DNA from: Azolla caroliniana | Lineage: Eukaryota; Plantae; Polypodiophyta | DNA length: 64,000 nucleotides | Assembly (NCBI GenBank): GCA_043228905.1 | Contig: JBHGNT010000006.1 | Location: forward strand, 15,934,001-15,998,000 | Reading direction: 5' to 3' | Shown here: positions 1 through 12,733 of the stretch, in pieces | Numbering within the stretch: the stretch's first letter is position 1 | Layout of the letters: every line of letters starts with the position of its first letter | The notes under the pieces: model-generated | What the model was told of the DNA's origin: nothing | Database searches by the model: none | Seen by the model: the letters and a program-made list of their open reading frames with translations, nothing else | Position numbers and translations under genes: made by a program

Positions 1-1344
1 TTGAGTAGTGAAATAATCTCTATCAAGTTATTTGAGTCTGTGGACACCAATTTTGAAGGAAAGGTGTGCAAAAGAAAGGATGTAGTTAGAAAGTCTCTTA
101 AACCAAGGGATTTGACGTCTTTGTTTGTAGTATCTCTAGGAAAGTTCATTAAACACAACTTCATTTATTCATGGCAGTCCCATCAGTTTAAGACTTGCAT
201 ATCTTATTTTCCAAATGATGTAGTAGTCTCAGTAGTAGATTTCGTAGAGAATTATACTTTCAAGCAGTAGAATGAAATTCAATCCTTGCATTGGTGTTTA
301 GTGCAAGTAACCATTTTTGTGCACATAACATATTTTCGAGTTTCAGGTGATGTTAAGAAAGTAATTCATTTTTTTATTTCTAATGATAAGAAGCATGATA
401 CCTTCTTTGTCCAACACTGTTTTAAGTTATTGGCAATGGTTATCATGTCAACGTTTGGAGCTTACTCAACATTGGGTTTGGTCTGATGGAGCTCCGTCAC
501 AATTCCAGGCTAGACGTCCATTTTATTTTGTTGGAAGGTATCCTTATGTAATAGGTTTGGAGATGAGATGGAATTTTTTTGGGTCTGGCCATGGTAAAGG
601 TGACCATGATGGAGTAGGTGAACTTAACCATGAACAACTAAAGGTAGATAGTGTGCATATGAATTGTGCAACACATGTAGTTGAATTTTTAAGAGCTAAT
701 ATGTCAACGAGTGCAACTGGTGTTTATTCCTTGCAAGTCCGAGATATCAAATGCAAATTTTGGGAAGTGAAGATAGATGAAGTAAATAGGGAGAAGACCT
801 AGGTGTGCCAAGGAATTCCCAAATTGCAATCTCTCCATGTTGTTCAGGGTTAGTCTAGGCTAGATGGTCATTGTATTGCGGTTAGAGAATTAACTTGTTT
901 TTGCTTCCATTGTGTGTAGGGAAATTGGAGGTATTGTTTAAACAAAGCATAAATTCAGAATTGGGAGTGCCATACATTGAATGAAAAGGACCGCGCAGAT
1001 GGAGAAACAGAAATTAATGATGACTTCACATATCAGGGCCGTGGAGATAGTCTGAGTGATGTCATAAACGTTGAGGATAATTTCGCTGTAAATGCAGAAG
1101 AAGACAATTCAAAAGGTGTTAATTTCTATATATTGAAGTGCACGGTTTGTAAACAATGTTCAACGTAGAGTATTTTGGATGCTTGGGGACATTCTACATT
1201 GAAGGTATTTTTTATGCAAGACTAGATGATTACGATTATTTGTATAGGCTTTTAGAAGACAAACCAGTAGCGTACATGTACTCTCATTTGGTCAGGTGCA
1301 TCAACGTCCTGATGTTGCAATACAATGGCTGCTCAAATTTATAA
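1..1344 (+). pseudogene. Degenerate DDD-type DNA transposase (Sola2-like), 5' part outside the window
   Basis: Fragmented ORFs (1-270, 286-486, 383-802, 977-1344) carry ordered motifs SVVDFVENYTF, *NEIQSLHW..QVTI, SNDKKHD, WSDGAPSQF and WNFFGSGHGKGDHDG, giving a DDD triad. Multiple stops and frameshifts. Superfamily assignment is from recalled motifs. Confidence 0.7.
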
Positions 1345-1745
1345 CATTATGCCATGGGATTTGTAGCTACAAGGAGTTCATACCAATTTTCTTGTAAAGT
1401 GGACAAAGTAGTTGTATTGCAAAAAAACAGTTTAATAGAGTCTTTTGGGAGTCTTTCTCTGTTCTTGTTTCTTAATAAAACTGTGTCTGTTAAATGTGTA
1501 TTGATTACTATTAGTTTTACTTATTGCAACTTTTAGTTTTAGTGTCTGTTCAATGTGCATAATGGCAATGATTTTTTTAATCTCAAGTGAACCATATGCA
1601 CAAGTTCAAACAGTTTGCCATTCTGAGAACAACCATCAGCATGAAATAAAAAATCAATGACCTATTTAAAAATTACACAGTAGATAATTTACTCAAAACA
1701 AGCGATTTAATTCTTCTATTATTAATTTATCATCAAATTACATAT

Positions 1746-2764
1746 TTATAATACACCATTGGCAATGTCTACAAAGCGCCTATAAATAGCTAAGCTCTTG
1801 CTGGTCAGTGGAACTTCTCTACATATGTGATCCACATACCGAGCTCGGTATGGTGCCCACAACCATGCAGTTAGTTGGCAGCTCAATGCTTTCATTAAGT
1901 ATTTATCAAGCATTTCGTCGGCTACAATGAGATAGCATCTGCAAAGGTTGTAATAATGCCAAAAATGTTTTGTATCCACAATCAACATATTGTTGGCATT
2001 ATATTTGGGCCAGGCATGCCAAAAACCAGAAAGTCTTTTGAATCTTGCAATATCTTGTTGCTCACATGTTTCTCGTGTCCACTGACCCTTGAAGTGTTGT
2101 CGCCACTCTGGGAAGAATCTTTCTGTACACTTCCAAACATCTGAAAGTGGTTTTTCACTCCAAATAAACAAATCAAAGTATTGCACAACCCACTCTAGAA
2201 ATTGATTCGCGTCCTCCCTTGGTGTGATATATCGCACACTCATCAACACTTTATCAAGCTCCAAGATCAAGGCTCTTCTTTCGTCTTCTAATGGTTTAGG
2301 TTTCCATTCCTGCAATTGAGCCTCTATTACACCAAGTATTGGTAGCACACAATCAATTTCAATCAACTCAGGTTCTGACGACACAATTGGTGTCCTTTTC
2401 CTCTTCAAAACCATGGTTGATTGTGTCATTGGGTCTGCCTTCACCTTGTTTTGCTCTTGTGCAGTCATTGGGCCTGGCTTCACATTGTTTTCCTCTTGTA
2501 TAGTCGACCGTGTCATCGGTTCTGGCATTACCTCTGTGCATGTAGATACTTCTTTGGTCGATATAAGCCCACTGGTATCACATGCTGCATCTACTTGCAA
2601 AATCAGATAATCTATGCAACATGCTTGATCTACTTGCGTGACTAGATCATTTGTGTCAGTTGCTACATCTACTTTCAAGGTGGGGCCCTCTAAACACGCA
2701 GCACCATCAACAGTTTCCACACTGCCATTAGCCTTAGGAGCAATAGATTCAAACCCTTTAGACT
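1746..2764 (-). CDS. Transposon-borne exon with FCP1/NIF-like HAD phosphatase domain (catalytic motif degenerate)
   Basis: ORF 1746-2840. LILELDKVL (motif I position), PREDANQFLEWVVQYFDLFIWS, FKRLSGFW and YNANNMLIVD follow the order of NIF/FCP1-like HAD motifs. Likely splice acceptor ttgcag at 2770-2765. Confidence 0.6.
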
Positions 2765-3034
2765 CTGCAACATCAAAAAACACCAACATATTCACACTCA
2801 CAAAGTAGCTAAGAGTCTCAGAAAACAACATAATGAACATGAAATATTCTACAACAGAGTAATAATATTATCTTAAAATCCATCATAGAGTTCCATTACA
2901 TAATGTGGATCACGCAACAACCAATCTGAGGTGTTACTTGTCCAAATAGACCATAGGCCATCTTCATAATTTTCTAGGAAAATAGCTAACAATCATATCC
3001 CACTAATCAATAATTGGTAGTAATTAGCTCTAAT

Positions 3035-3543
3035 TCAAGAGCCCCTTGATCGAGTAATTGGTCTTGTCCCCGATCGTGGCCCCTTCTTCATCCTTTTTCT
3101 AGTCAGTTGCCCATTTAGCCTTGCTTCTTTCACCCATTGCGCAAGTGTGTCCTCTGACAACCTTTCCATCGGCTCAGCAACGTCTTGCACGTTAGCCGCA
3201 TCTTGCGATAACTTTTCAAGTATAGTGGGATCTGGTGGGACATCATCAACAGTTGGGCTCGGTGGGGTTGAATCAAGGTTTTGGGATTCGAAGAAATGTT
3301 GCATCAAGTGTTCCAAAACATTGTTGTTATGAACCTCAGATTTACATACTATTTCCAATATTTCATGGCTTTTCAAAATGTTGCCTAATTCAGTACAATC
3401 TTCCAAAAGAATAGGGTGGAGCTGATCGAAAGGAGATGTGATAGCATGACTCTTACTTTCAGCCACATTGCCAACTATCTCCTCAATGGTTGCGGCGTCA
3501 TCGGCACCAGACACCTCTTGCAACCTCCTTAATCCACAAAATT
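3035..3543 (-). CDS. Exon of transposon accessory gene, spliced in frame to the RING-like exon
   Basis: Acceptor ttgtag ending at 3544 and donor CAG|gtaaaa at 4602 join ...WRKLT-E-FCGLRRLQEVSG... in frame with ORF 3035-3523. Basic C-terminal patch RKRMKK. Confidence 0.55.
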
Positions 3544-3559
3544 CTACAACAACATGTCA

Positions 3560-4575
3560 GCTAATGAGCGGTTTCTCTTGTGTTTTTCTATGAACTTAGT
3601 AGAATTCAAAACATGATAGCTAATTAGCTACATGGTAGGTAATTAACAACCACTCTTGATACTGCTTGATACTGTTACATCTTAGCTAAATAGCTATTCC
3701 TCTTAACTATGGCAGTAGCTAATTACCTATCACTCTTGATACTTCTAAGCTAATAAGCTAAGATGTAGCTAATGAGTTGCTAGACTATAGGTTGGCAGTA
3801 GCTAATTAGCTACCACTTAGCTAATTAGTTGCTAGACTATAGGTTGGCAGTAGACCATAGATTTGCAATAACTAATTAGCTACATCTTGGTTAATTAGCT
3901 AATGCTTAGGTTGTAGCTAATTAGCTACTACACAACTGAACCATAACAGCTAAATAACTACCACACTTTATACGGCTTAGCTAATTAGCTAAGATGTAAC
4001 TAATTAGTAATACTACTTCAATATCGTAGTAGCTAATTAGCTACCACTTAACAATTAGCTACATTGTAGCTAATTAGCTACTACACTATAGGTTGGCAGC
4101 TAAATAACTGCTGACTTTAGCATGACATTAGCTAATTAGCTATTCTACTTAAGTATGGTAGTAGCTAATTAGCTACTACACTATAGGCTAGCAGTAGCAA
4201 AATAGCTACTAACTTTAGCATGACAATAGCTAATTAGCCACATCAAAGCTAATTAGCTATTCTACTTAAGTATGGTGGTAGCTAATTAGCTACATATTAG
4301 CTAATTAGTTGCTAGACTATAGGTTGACAATATCTTAATTATAGCAGTAGCTAATTTGCTACCACTTTTGATATTGCTTAGCTATTTAGCTACACTGTAG
4401 CTAATTAGCTGCTAGACTAGAGATTCACAGTAGCTAATTAGCTATATCTTGGCTAATTAGCTAATACCTAGGTTGCAACTAATTAGCTACTACACTATTG
4501 AACCATAAAAGCTAAATAGCTACCACACTTTATACGGCTTAGCTAAATAGCTAAGATGTAACTAATTAGCTATTA
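3560..4575. repeat. Array of the 14-bp palindrome TAGCTAATTAGCTA and variants, inside an intron
   Basis: About 20 exact or near-exact copies by eye, with recurrent tagactataggttggcag spacers. A higher-order ~130-bp duplication lies at ~3877-4008 and ~4439-4570. Confidence 0.92.
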
Positions 4576-4602
4576 CACAATGGAGACAAGCACCAATTTT
4601 AC

Positions 4603-4814
4603 CTGTTAGTTTTCTCCACTCATCTAGGAGAGTTGTATTACAATCCCCTAAATAGACTGCAACAATGCGACAAGCATATTGAAAACAAATGATATGGTAT
4701 GTGTGTTGGCATGGTCGTAGGTGTACCAACAGAGTAGCAGTTTTGTCCTCTACGCCTAACCCGCAAGCGATGCAACGTGCTTGAATAGTCAATATATCGT
4801 TGCCTGGTTCTCTG
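4603..4814 (-). pseudogene. RING-finger-like exon of the transposon accessory gene, interrupted by Gypsy A
   Basis: CIACG...PCQHTYHIICF...YLGDC matches RING-H2 spacing. Removing 4815-12737 restores an open frame (KLRGRWIPSGKQNCREPGNDILTIQARCIAC). Confidence 0.6.
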
Positions 4815-5188
4815 TTGTTCGACCGAGCACCAACTCTGTTGCCGACACACAACGGAGTTCGAACGTTTCGTACTGAATGTTCTATCAAAGAATTGTGGTT
4901 GTGGGAATAGATACTAAGTTACTATAATCTTATCAATGTTACATAAACATAGATATCGTTATTTACGTAATACAATTATAGTAGGATAGATTAACAAAAA
5001 ATAAGCAGTTGCACACTGAGATTTCCTACAACTAAACTTATATTACTAAAAGTAAAATGATAGGTTTTACAATGCCTTCGGTTCCTTTTTATAGGCAACC
5101 TGAAGGACTTCCTCATCAAGAAATACATATTGCCCTATCGGCAAGAACTACAAAACTTGTAGCTATAATTTTCGGTATTAACTATTAT

Positions 5189-7927
5189 TTAGCAAAATGA
5201 TGACTCATCGATCCTCTTCCTCAATCTGACTTCGACTTTGACTCCGAACCTCTGACTCCGATGTTTCCGACTCCGACGCTTCCCCACTATGTCTGTTCGA
5301 CCCTTTGTTTGGGTAACACTTGGCATGCCCGTGGGCCAGGGCCTTGCCCGGCGAACCCACGATACCCTTCTATGCTGGTTAGTCGGGAGGAAGGTCCTCG
5401 TCCAATTCATCTTCAATGTCGTCCTGCAAAATATCAAACAGGGAAGGTTCGTGTTGTTCGCTCTCCTTGTAGTCGTCGTTTGAATCTGCAGGTTGTTGTA
5501 TATCCTTGGTCAATGGTCGTGGTGGTGGTGGCGCAACTGGCTTTGGTGCGCCGAGCCGGCTTTGGCTTTCGGCTTCAAAGGTGTCCAACTTAATAGCTGT
5601 GTCGATCTCATGTTTATCGAATTCCTACATGAGTCAACTAACTTCTTTGCGGTGACAAGTTGCCATGGTGTACAAATCTTTAGCAATATCTTCTTGAATA
5701 GTTGATATTGCTTCTTCCGTCATTTTGAAGAAGCCTTGTCCTTGTGCCTTCTGGTTTTCCCTTGCGGCTCTTAGAAGTTGAAGTTTGGCTGCCTGTGCCT
5801 GTTTCGACCATGTTTGCCACCCTTTGTCCAAAGAATCAGATACTAACTTCAAAGTGTTAATTCTATGGTGTTTCAGTATTGCCTTAATTTTTTCTTCATC
5901 CATACTTGCCCTATATTATGCTTCTGCTAGTTGCTTGCGTAAATCAATTATTTGTGCAGTAGTCGATCCTTCTGCTTGCATGAGCTTGGCCTCTACGACC
6001 AACAGGTCCAATCTTTGCCTTTCATACTCATCTTCGAGTTTTGTGCAACGATTTTTTAATTCAGCATTCGTCAATTCCCATTGTCTCTTGTCGTCTTCAT
6101 GTGCCTCTTGTACAACTATACTTTTAAGCTTTGCTTCCACCATCTGGTTAGCAAAATAATCCTCTGGAATATGCACATATTCTTCTAATTCCAGTATTTG
6201 CTCCTCATTTTGCCTTTTCTCCTCTTGCTGTTGGGCCAACTGTCGTTTGAGCCTTCGTATTTCTGCATCTTTTGCATCTAGCCATTTGCCAACTTCTGTT
6301 TTAGCCAAAAGTAGCCTCTCTTCTATCTTTTTGGCCCTTGCGTTGGCTTCTTCTGCTCGTGTTGTTGCAGACTGAGTAGATGCTTCTGCTTCTTTCAATC
6401 TTTGTTTCAGTTCCTGCTCAAAGTCGGAAAGCCTATTTGGTTGTTGGTGTGTTAATAATTCTTCTTCGGCTTTCCTTAGTTTTTCTTCAATCTGTCGGCA
6501 TTGCTTTGACAGTTCTTCTTTTTCAACTTGTGTTCTTGTATATTTCTTATTCAAAACTTCCAACGCTACCGTTTCTTTTTTGTATAAATCAGCCATATCT
6601 TTGGCTGCTTTGCTTGCTCGTTCATATTCCCTGTGCACTTCCACCAGTGCCTCATGCAAGGGAGGCATTTGTATCGCTTCCCTCTTATTTTTGGCGTTTC
6701 GTTGTCGGCCTATCCTTTCAACCTCCTATTGTTCTTCCGGCTCGATAGCCCCACTTAAAAGGATTTTTGAATTATTATATTATCCTGATGCTCTTGTGCC
6801 ATTCTCTCCGACACCTCCGGCACCTCCTGTAATCTACGGACCAAAATTCTACTAATTCATAAGAAGTGTCGAATTGTAGAATGGCAGCAAATCCGTGTTG
6901 TTGGAGGGATGTTGGAGAAGGCAGTTGCTTCCCGCACCGTTGTTATCGACGACTGCCCTTTTTGGATTCTGGTTGTGTCGTTTGGATTGACACGAGGTAC
7001 TTGTGTGGGCTACGTGCGTGGCTTGCTCCTATGTTCTTTGCTTTTTCTGTGCAAGTTCCTCTTGCTGAGCCTGCGGAAAGAGTTGAGCCCTTTTCTTTTT
7101 CTGTGCAAGTTCCTCTTGTTGAGCCTGCGGAAAGAGTTGAGCCCTTTGCTTTACCCGACATTGTCGTTGCGTCAGTTGGTCAGGTTCAACATGTGCCGAT
7201 TCTCGATTAGGTTGGGATGGTTGTGGGACAGGTATGGAGTCGGGTTGGGGATTTTGTGTCGACTTCGGAACTGGTGAGGGTATCGGTTCTTGTTGTTCAG
7301 GTTTCGGTATAGTGGCATCAACCTGCGTCGATTTTGCTTCTTGCCACTCCTCACGTTGTACCTATTGTTGAGGTCGGGAAACTGGTTCTGGCCATGGTGG
7401 CCTCTGATCTTCTTATCAGTTTTCCGATCTCTGTGTCGGAAAAAGTACCGACAACTAGCAAGCAAAGATCAACTTCATTGGTTTCCCTTTTTGCACCCCG
7501 TACAGTTGCTCCCGCAGAGCTTTTGCTGACAACAATCCCTAGTCAAAAACTTCGCCCTCGTACATGGCGATTATGAAGCCGGCTCTCTTTTTGGGCATGT
7601 AGTAAAATTGGGGACTAACCAAAATTTGGCCACTTCATGAGAAAATTCGTCATCCCCTCCCTGTGTTTGAAAAGCTTTGGCCGAGGGAGAATATTCTCCG
7701 AAATATGACCTGAGCATGTCCTTGTCCATTTTTTGGACAAGATGAAAGCCTTCTCGTTTTAATTCCAATACTCGGCGTACCTATTTGTTCGTAATTTTGG
7801 AGACATCGATCTGTTGTAGAAGTTTTGCAGCACAAGGGTGGGGCTCTGCCTCTGCAACCTTGATGAAACCATGCAGATTCTTGTTCACGAGCCATTGGCG
7901 CAGGTTATCAGCAACAGGGATTGGCAT
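5189..7927 (-). pseudogene. Extra ORF downstream of integrase: N-terminal globular part, low-complexity linker, long coiled coil
   Basis: Fragments 7571-7927 (MPIPVADNLRQW...YFGEYSPSAKAF), 5916-6668 (E/K/Q-rich heptads), 5634-5903 and 5379-5588. Same sense as pol. A 54-bp internal duplication lies at ~7043-7146. Confidence 0.7.
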
Positions 7928-9773
7928 TATTTCGTCTTCGAGAGAAAGGTCGGAGTTCTATGGTGAAAACGAAGAAAGCTTTAGGCTATGGCGAGGAAGA
8001 GCCGAAAACGTTTCAGCACGAATACGCTTTTGTCTCTGTGGTGACACAAAAGATGAAGAAATAGGCTTTAAGGAAATGAATCGTTGCATGATGCCTAGGG
8101 AATAGAGAAAGCTACTATTAATGTAAGTAATAGTCTAGAAATAGTAATAATGGCTCCACTACTCTTGTGATGTGTGCATGCACTATTACCACCAGTTTAC
8201 TTATAGTGTGACAAACTTCCCAATTCAATTGGACACCTATATTGGCACCATATACTTTCGTATAAAAATTTTGTTGTCGCCGCTGCCGTGTTATACCGTA
8301 TGGGTTTAGCCTCTACCCACTTAGTGTAGTAATCTGTGGCTACTATGATGTATCGATTCCCTGTTTGAATCGTTACTGGTTTAAATGGGCTGACAAAGTC
8401 TAATCCCCATTTCTGGAATGGTTCCAAAGGCAAGATGAGTTGAAATGGCATCTTGTCTTTTTCGGTAGGTGGACCCATTCTCTGACATAAATCGCATTTC
8501 CGATAGTATTTAACTACATCCTTCTTAACTGTCGGCCACCATAACCAACTGTTCCAAATTTTCCGAGCAGTAGTTTCGCCGGCGTAGTGCCCTCCCGCGA
8601 TACCACAGTGAGATTCTCGAAGAATTATCTATTTCTCAAATTGTCGTACTGCTTGTCGCCAAATTCTATCAGCTCCTTTATGATAGAGGGTGTCATTTAA
8701 AAGATAGAAATTCCAGTTGTGAACCGCTAACCGTTTTCTTTCGTCTACTGATAGATGCTCGGGTGGTAACCCTGTCGTAAGAAAAATTGTCATTTCTATA
8801 ATCCAAGCATCCTCGATCTCCTCATTTATTTCTTGCTCTCATATCGTGTCTACTCGAAAGAGTTGGCCATCCGGAAAATCATCTTTAACTCTTGTGCCCT
8901 CTTCTCCCAACTCTAATTGGCTAAGGTAATCTGCGACGACATGTTGCACTCTTGGCCTATGTAGAATGTTGAATTCAAATTCTTGAAGTAATAGCGTCCA
9001 ACGTGCCAGTTTCCCGGTTATTCTTGTTTGGATACCAAATATAGTAAAGCAGAGTGATCCACATGGAATGTAAATTTGTTGATATTGTAAATCATTCCCA
9101 AAGCTTCCCTTTCAGTTGTCGAATAATTCCTTTTTGCTGTGGATAGTTTCCGACTAGCGTAGTAAACTGGTCTGTACTAGCTTGGTTCGGATAACTGCAT
9201 TAGTGCGCTTCCGATCGCTACATCGGATGCATCGGCAAACACATGAAATGGTTTGTTCCAATCAGGCAGCTGGACAACCGGAACTCTAGCGAGCATTTTC
9301 TTTAGACATTCGTATGCATCTTGCTCCACAATCGTCCATTGGAAATGCGTTTTATGTACTGTTGTATGCAGTGGAATGGCAACATCTGGAATATCTTTGA
9401 TCATCCGACTATGCCATCTTATTTGTCCTAAAAATCGACTAAGGCTCTTAGCATTGGTTGGTGCCGGTGCATCTAATATCGCCTTGACCTTGTATGGGTC
9501 AACTGCAATTCCTTCCTGATTGACAATGTGCCCTAATAATGCTCCACTGGTAACCCCGATCGCGCATTTAGCTGAATTCAGGCTAAGTCGACCTTTCCGA
9601 CATCGTTCCAAACACAATTGCTAATGTTCGAAATGTTCTGACTTCCGACTATAGACAACAAAATCATCCAAGAAAACTTGCATGAATGCTGGAATGTACT
9701 CAGCAAAAATTTCTTGTATGACTCTTTGAAATGTGGATGGGGCTGTTTTTAACCCAAACATTATTATGACCGT

Positions 9774-9890
9774 TGTCGAGGAAATCCTCGCGTGTTCGCG
9801 AAATGAAGGGGACCACCGGGGTCCTGGACTGGAAAGATTCGAAGTTTTTAGAAGCGTAAACGAGAAAGTATTGAAGATAGATAGATGGAT

Positions 9891-9929
<39 letters not shown>

Positions 9930-10562
9930 TTGAACCCTTGACTTTAGTTTTACGAGACAAGATACATCACCATTAGGATAACTCAGATCTTTGGTTAAAA
10001 GTTTCTTTTTTACTTACATCACTTGCTCCCTTACACAAGCCCAACTATAGGCTTTTATAGGTCTCTCCATGCAAAAACCATGGGCTAAAACCACGACTGA
10101 AACCATGGGCTAAAACCATGAGCTGAAACCATGGCTAAAACCACGGGCTAAAACCATGGGCTAAAACCATGGTTTTGTGCCCACAGTTTCTATATGTTTG
10201 CTTCCTACAAAATACTGAATATGAAAAGAAAATATACAAATTCTAAAGCACTTAGTAGTGGCTTTAGTGGTAAGGTAATTTATCTCCTATATTGGAGGTG
10301 CGAGGTTCAAGCCTTGCTTCCACCCTTATGTATGCACTTAAATGCTTTAGTCTTATTTTCATATTTACAATTGAGCGCACATCACATGTGCACATGTTTA
10401 ACTTTACATCTAACTTTTCTTTTATGATTCTCATTTCAGTCCTATTTACAACATGCTAGCATATGCGTGTGGCCTTCACCCCTTTTACACGTGCACATTG
10501 CACCTTCCTGATTTCGTTCGTTGCACACAATTTTCACACCGTTGCCGAAAATCTTCACGACA
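9774..10562 (-). mobile_element. Solo LTR of the TGTCG...CGACA Gypsy family, inserted in RT of element A
   Basis: TG...CA termini. 4-bp TSD ccgt/ccgc. Splits the RT motif GVFVA|V..MFGLKTAP. Both ends resemble the LTR at 14280. Contains (AG)n and ~7 copies of aaaaccatgggct (10075-10172). Confidence 0.85.
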
Positions 10563-12733
10563 CCGCCACAAATACCCCCCATTCGGTGACAAAGGTTGTC
10601 TTGTCCTGATCATCCAGATGCATTCTCACCTGATTATACCCACTAAAGACATCTAGAAAACTGTACATTTCGTGACTAGCCACTACATCCAATACACCGT
10701 TCGTAAACGGTAATGGAAATGCATCCGTTACTGTTGCTACATTAAGTTTCCGATAGTTGACACATACCCGAATCTTTTCATTCTTTTTCGGTACGACTAC
10801 AATCAGGCTAAGCCATGTAGCTTGTTTTACAGGACGAATAAACCCTACCTTAAGTAGTTTATCTATTTCTTCTTTGACCTTAATTGCATAATTAGGATTC
10901 AGACGATACCTGCATTGTTGAACCGGCTTCATATCTTTATGCATATTAATTTGGTGTTGACAGAAAGCTAGATTCAACCCTTTCATGTCTTCAAAGGACC
11001 AGGTGAACACATCCTTATACTGTTTGAGTAAGCCGATTAATCATTGCTTGTCAGCTAACAACATGTCCTTGGCGATCAATATTGTTTTTGGTTCAACCGT
11101 TTTATCTTCCCCAGTTAAACTTGTCTCCTCTAATGCTGAAGCTTGAACTCGTTGAGATACTTTCATTTCTTTTTCGGTAGCCTCCTACTGAAGGCAGATT
11201 TCTTTCATTGTTTGATCATCAAGTGGTAAGTCATCTTCTGGATTAACATATGATGTAAGAGCTTGTAATATGTCCACCGGGAACAAGGGAATAATTTTTG
11301 GGTTATCATTAAAATAATTATTCTCCTCCACTTCATCCAATCCTTCCATCATATTGACTGCCTCTGCATGAACCGGCATACATTGCCTATTGGTAGTAAT
11401 CTTATTTTGGGTGGATACCCGAATTTTATTTATTCCTTTTCGGAATGTTAATAAATTCTGATTCCAATTTTGCTTAATATTGGCAGTCTTTAACCATGGC
11501 CGTCATAATAGCAAAGGATATGCTCCAAGAGCCTCCGAATGAAGCACTATAGCTGATATTTGAAAAGTGTGACCACCTAAAACGACATCTAATTGCCTAC
11601 TTAATCTGATCAGTCCCACCATACTGGTATCGGCCATTCTTAACCAGAATGGACATGCTTCCCATTTAGTGATACCAAGCTTGTCACAAGTAGTTTTATT
11701 AATTACATTTACTCTTGATCCATCATCTACAATAGCACCATCTATTTCTTGGCCATGGATTATCACTCTTATTGATGGATTAGCTCATCCATAATTGTCG
11801 AACGATTACTTGGCTGACTATAATTAACCGCTACCTGTTCTATCCCTTTCTGAGCAATCAAAGTTGCCACTTTCTCCGTAAACCGTGGAACCAATTTCCA
11901 TAATCCCATCAAGGGTAATGACACTTGGTAATCCGCCAAGATTTTCCAAGCTTCCTCATGTTCTTGTACTGCCATTGCTTCGGGTCGTTCGTTAACTTGG
12001 CTTATCTCATTGTCCTGGAGCATCTATGACAATTCAAATGTTTCGAATGCTCCGAAACCATTCTGAGCAAACCAATTTGCCAATTGGCGATCTAATGACT
12101 AACCAAACTCAATTATTTTAGACTTATCCTCGGTTGCAGCCGATAGTCGCTGAGCTCCATGATTTATTTCCCATGTTGTCAAGAAATCCCGAATATCCGC
12201 TTCTGCAGCTGCGCCTTCTTGAAATTTCGAGTAAGGGTAAGGCATATTGTCTTCACTCTAGATATCGTAAAATGATACTTCTTCTGACTGATCTCCGTCT
12301 GATTGACTGTTAGTTAAGTCGGCAATTGAAGACCACCTCCGACTTGTTTCTTGCTCTACCACCGCAACATAATCCTCTTCGACACTCTTTGTAACCAAAC
12401 GTGTACGAGGAAGTTTACGATCGACTGGTGTATCCGAACCAGACGATGACATCCATTCGACTTGTTCTCTACTAATTGCAAATGTAACCGGGCGTGCCAA
12501 AATTATACTTTGTTGTTCGGCCGACCACCAACTCTGTTGCCGACACACAGCAGAGTTCAAATGTTTCGTACTAAACGTTCTATCAAAGAATTGTGGTTGT
12601 GCGAATAGATACTAAGTTAGTGTAATCTTATCGATGTTTCATAGACATCGAGATCATTATTTACGTAATATAGTTATAGTAGGATAGATTAACATAAAAT
12701 AAACAGTTGCACACCGAGATTTCCTACAACTAA

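Larger units (their letters stand above)
4815..12733 (-). mobile_element. Ty3/Gypsy non-chromovirus element A with extra 3' ORF, degenerate
   Basis: 221-bp direct repeats at 4815-5035 and 12513-12733, flanked by TCTG on both sides. PBS-like TGGCACGCCC (tRNA-Arg-like) at 12490-12499. Protease (IVDDGSRVN, 11503-11766), RT (10563-11010 and ~9300-9773), RNase H (~8950-9250) and integrase ([15 protein letters not shown]; ~8220-8750). Confidence 0.9.

Noticed and set aside
3560-4575. CRISPR-like repeat-spacer array
   Set aside because: The repeat is only 14 bp, the spacers are irregular and themselves repeated, there are no cas genes, and the context is a eukaryotic intron.
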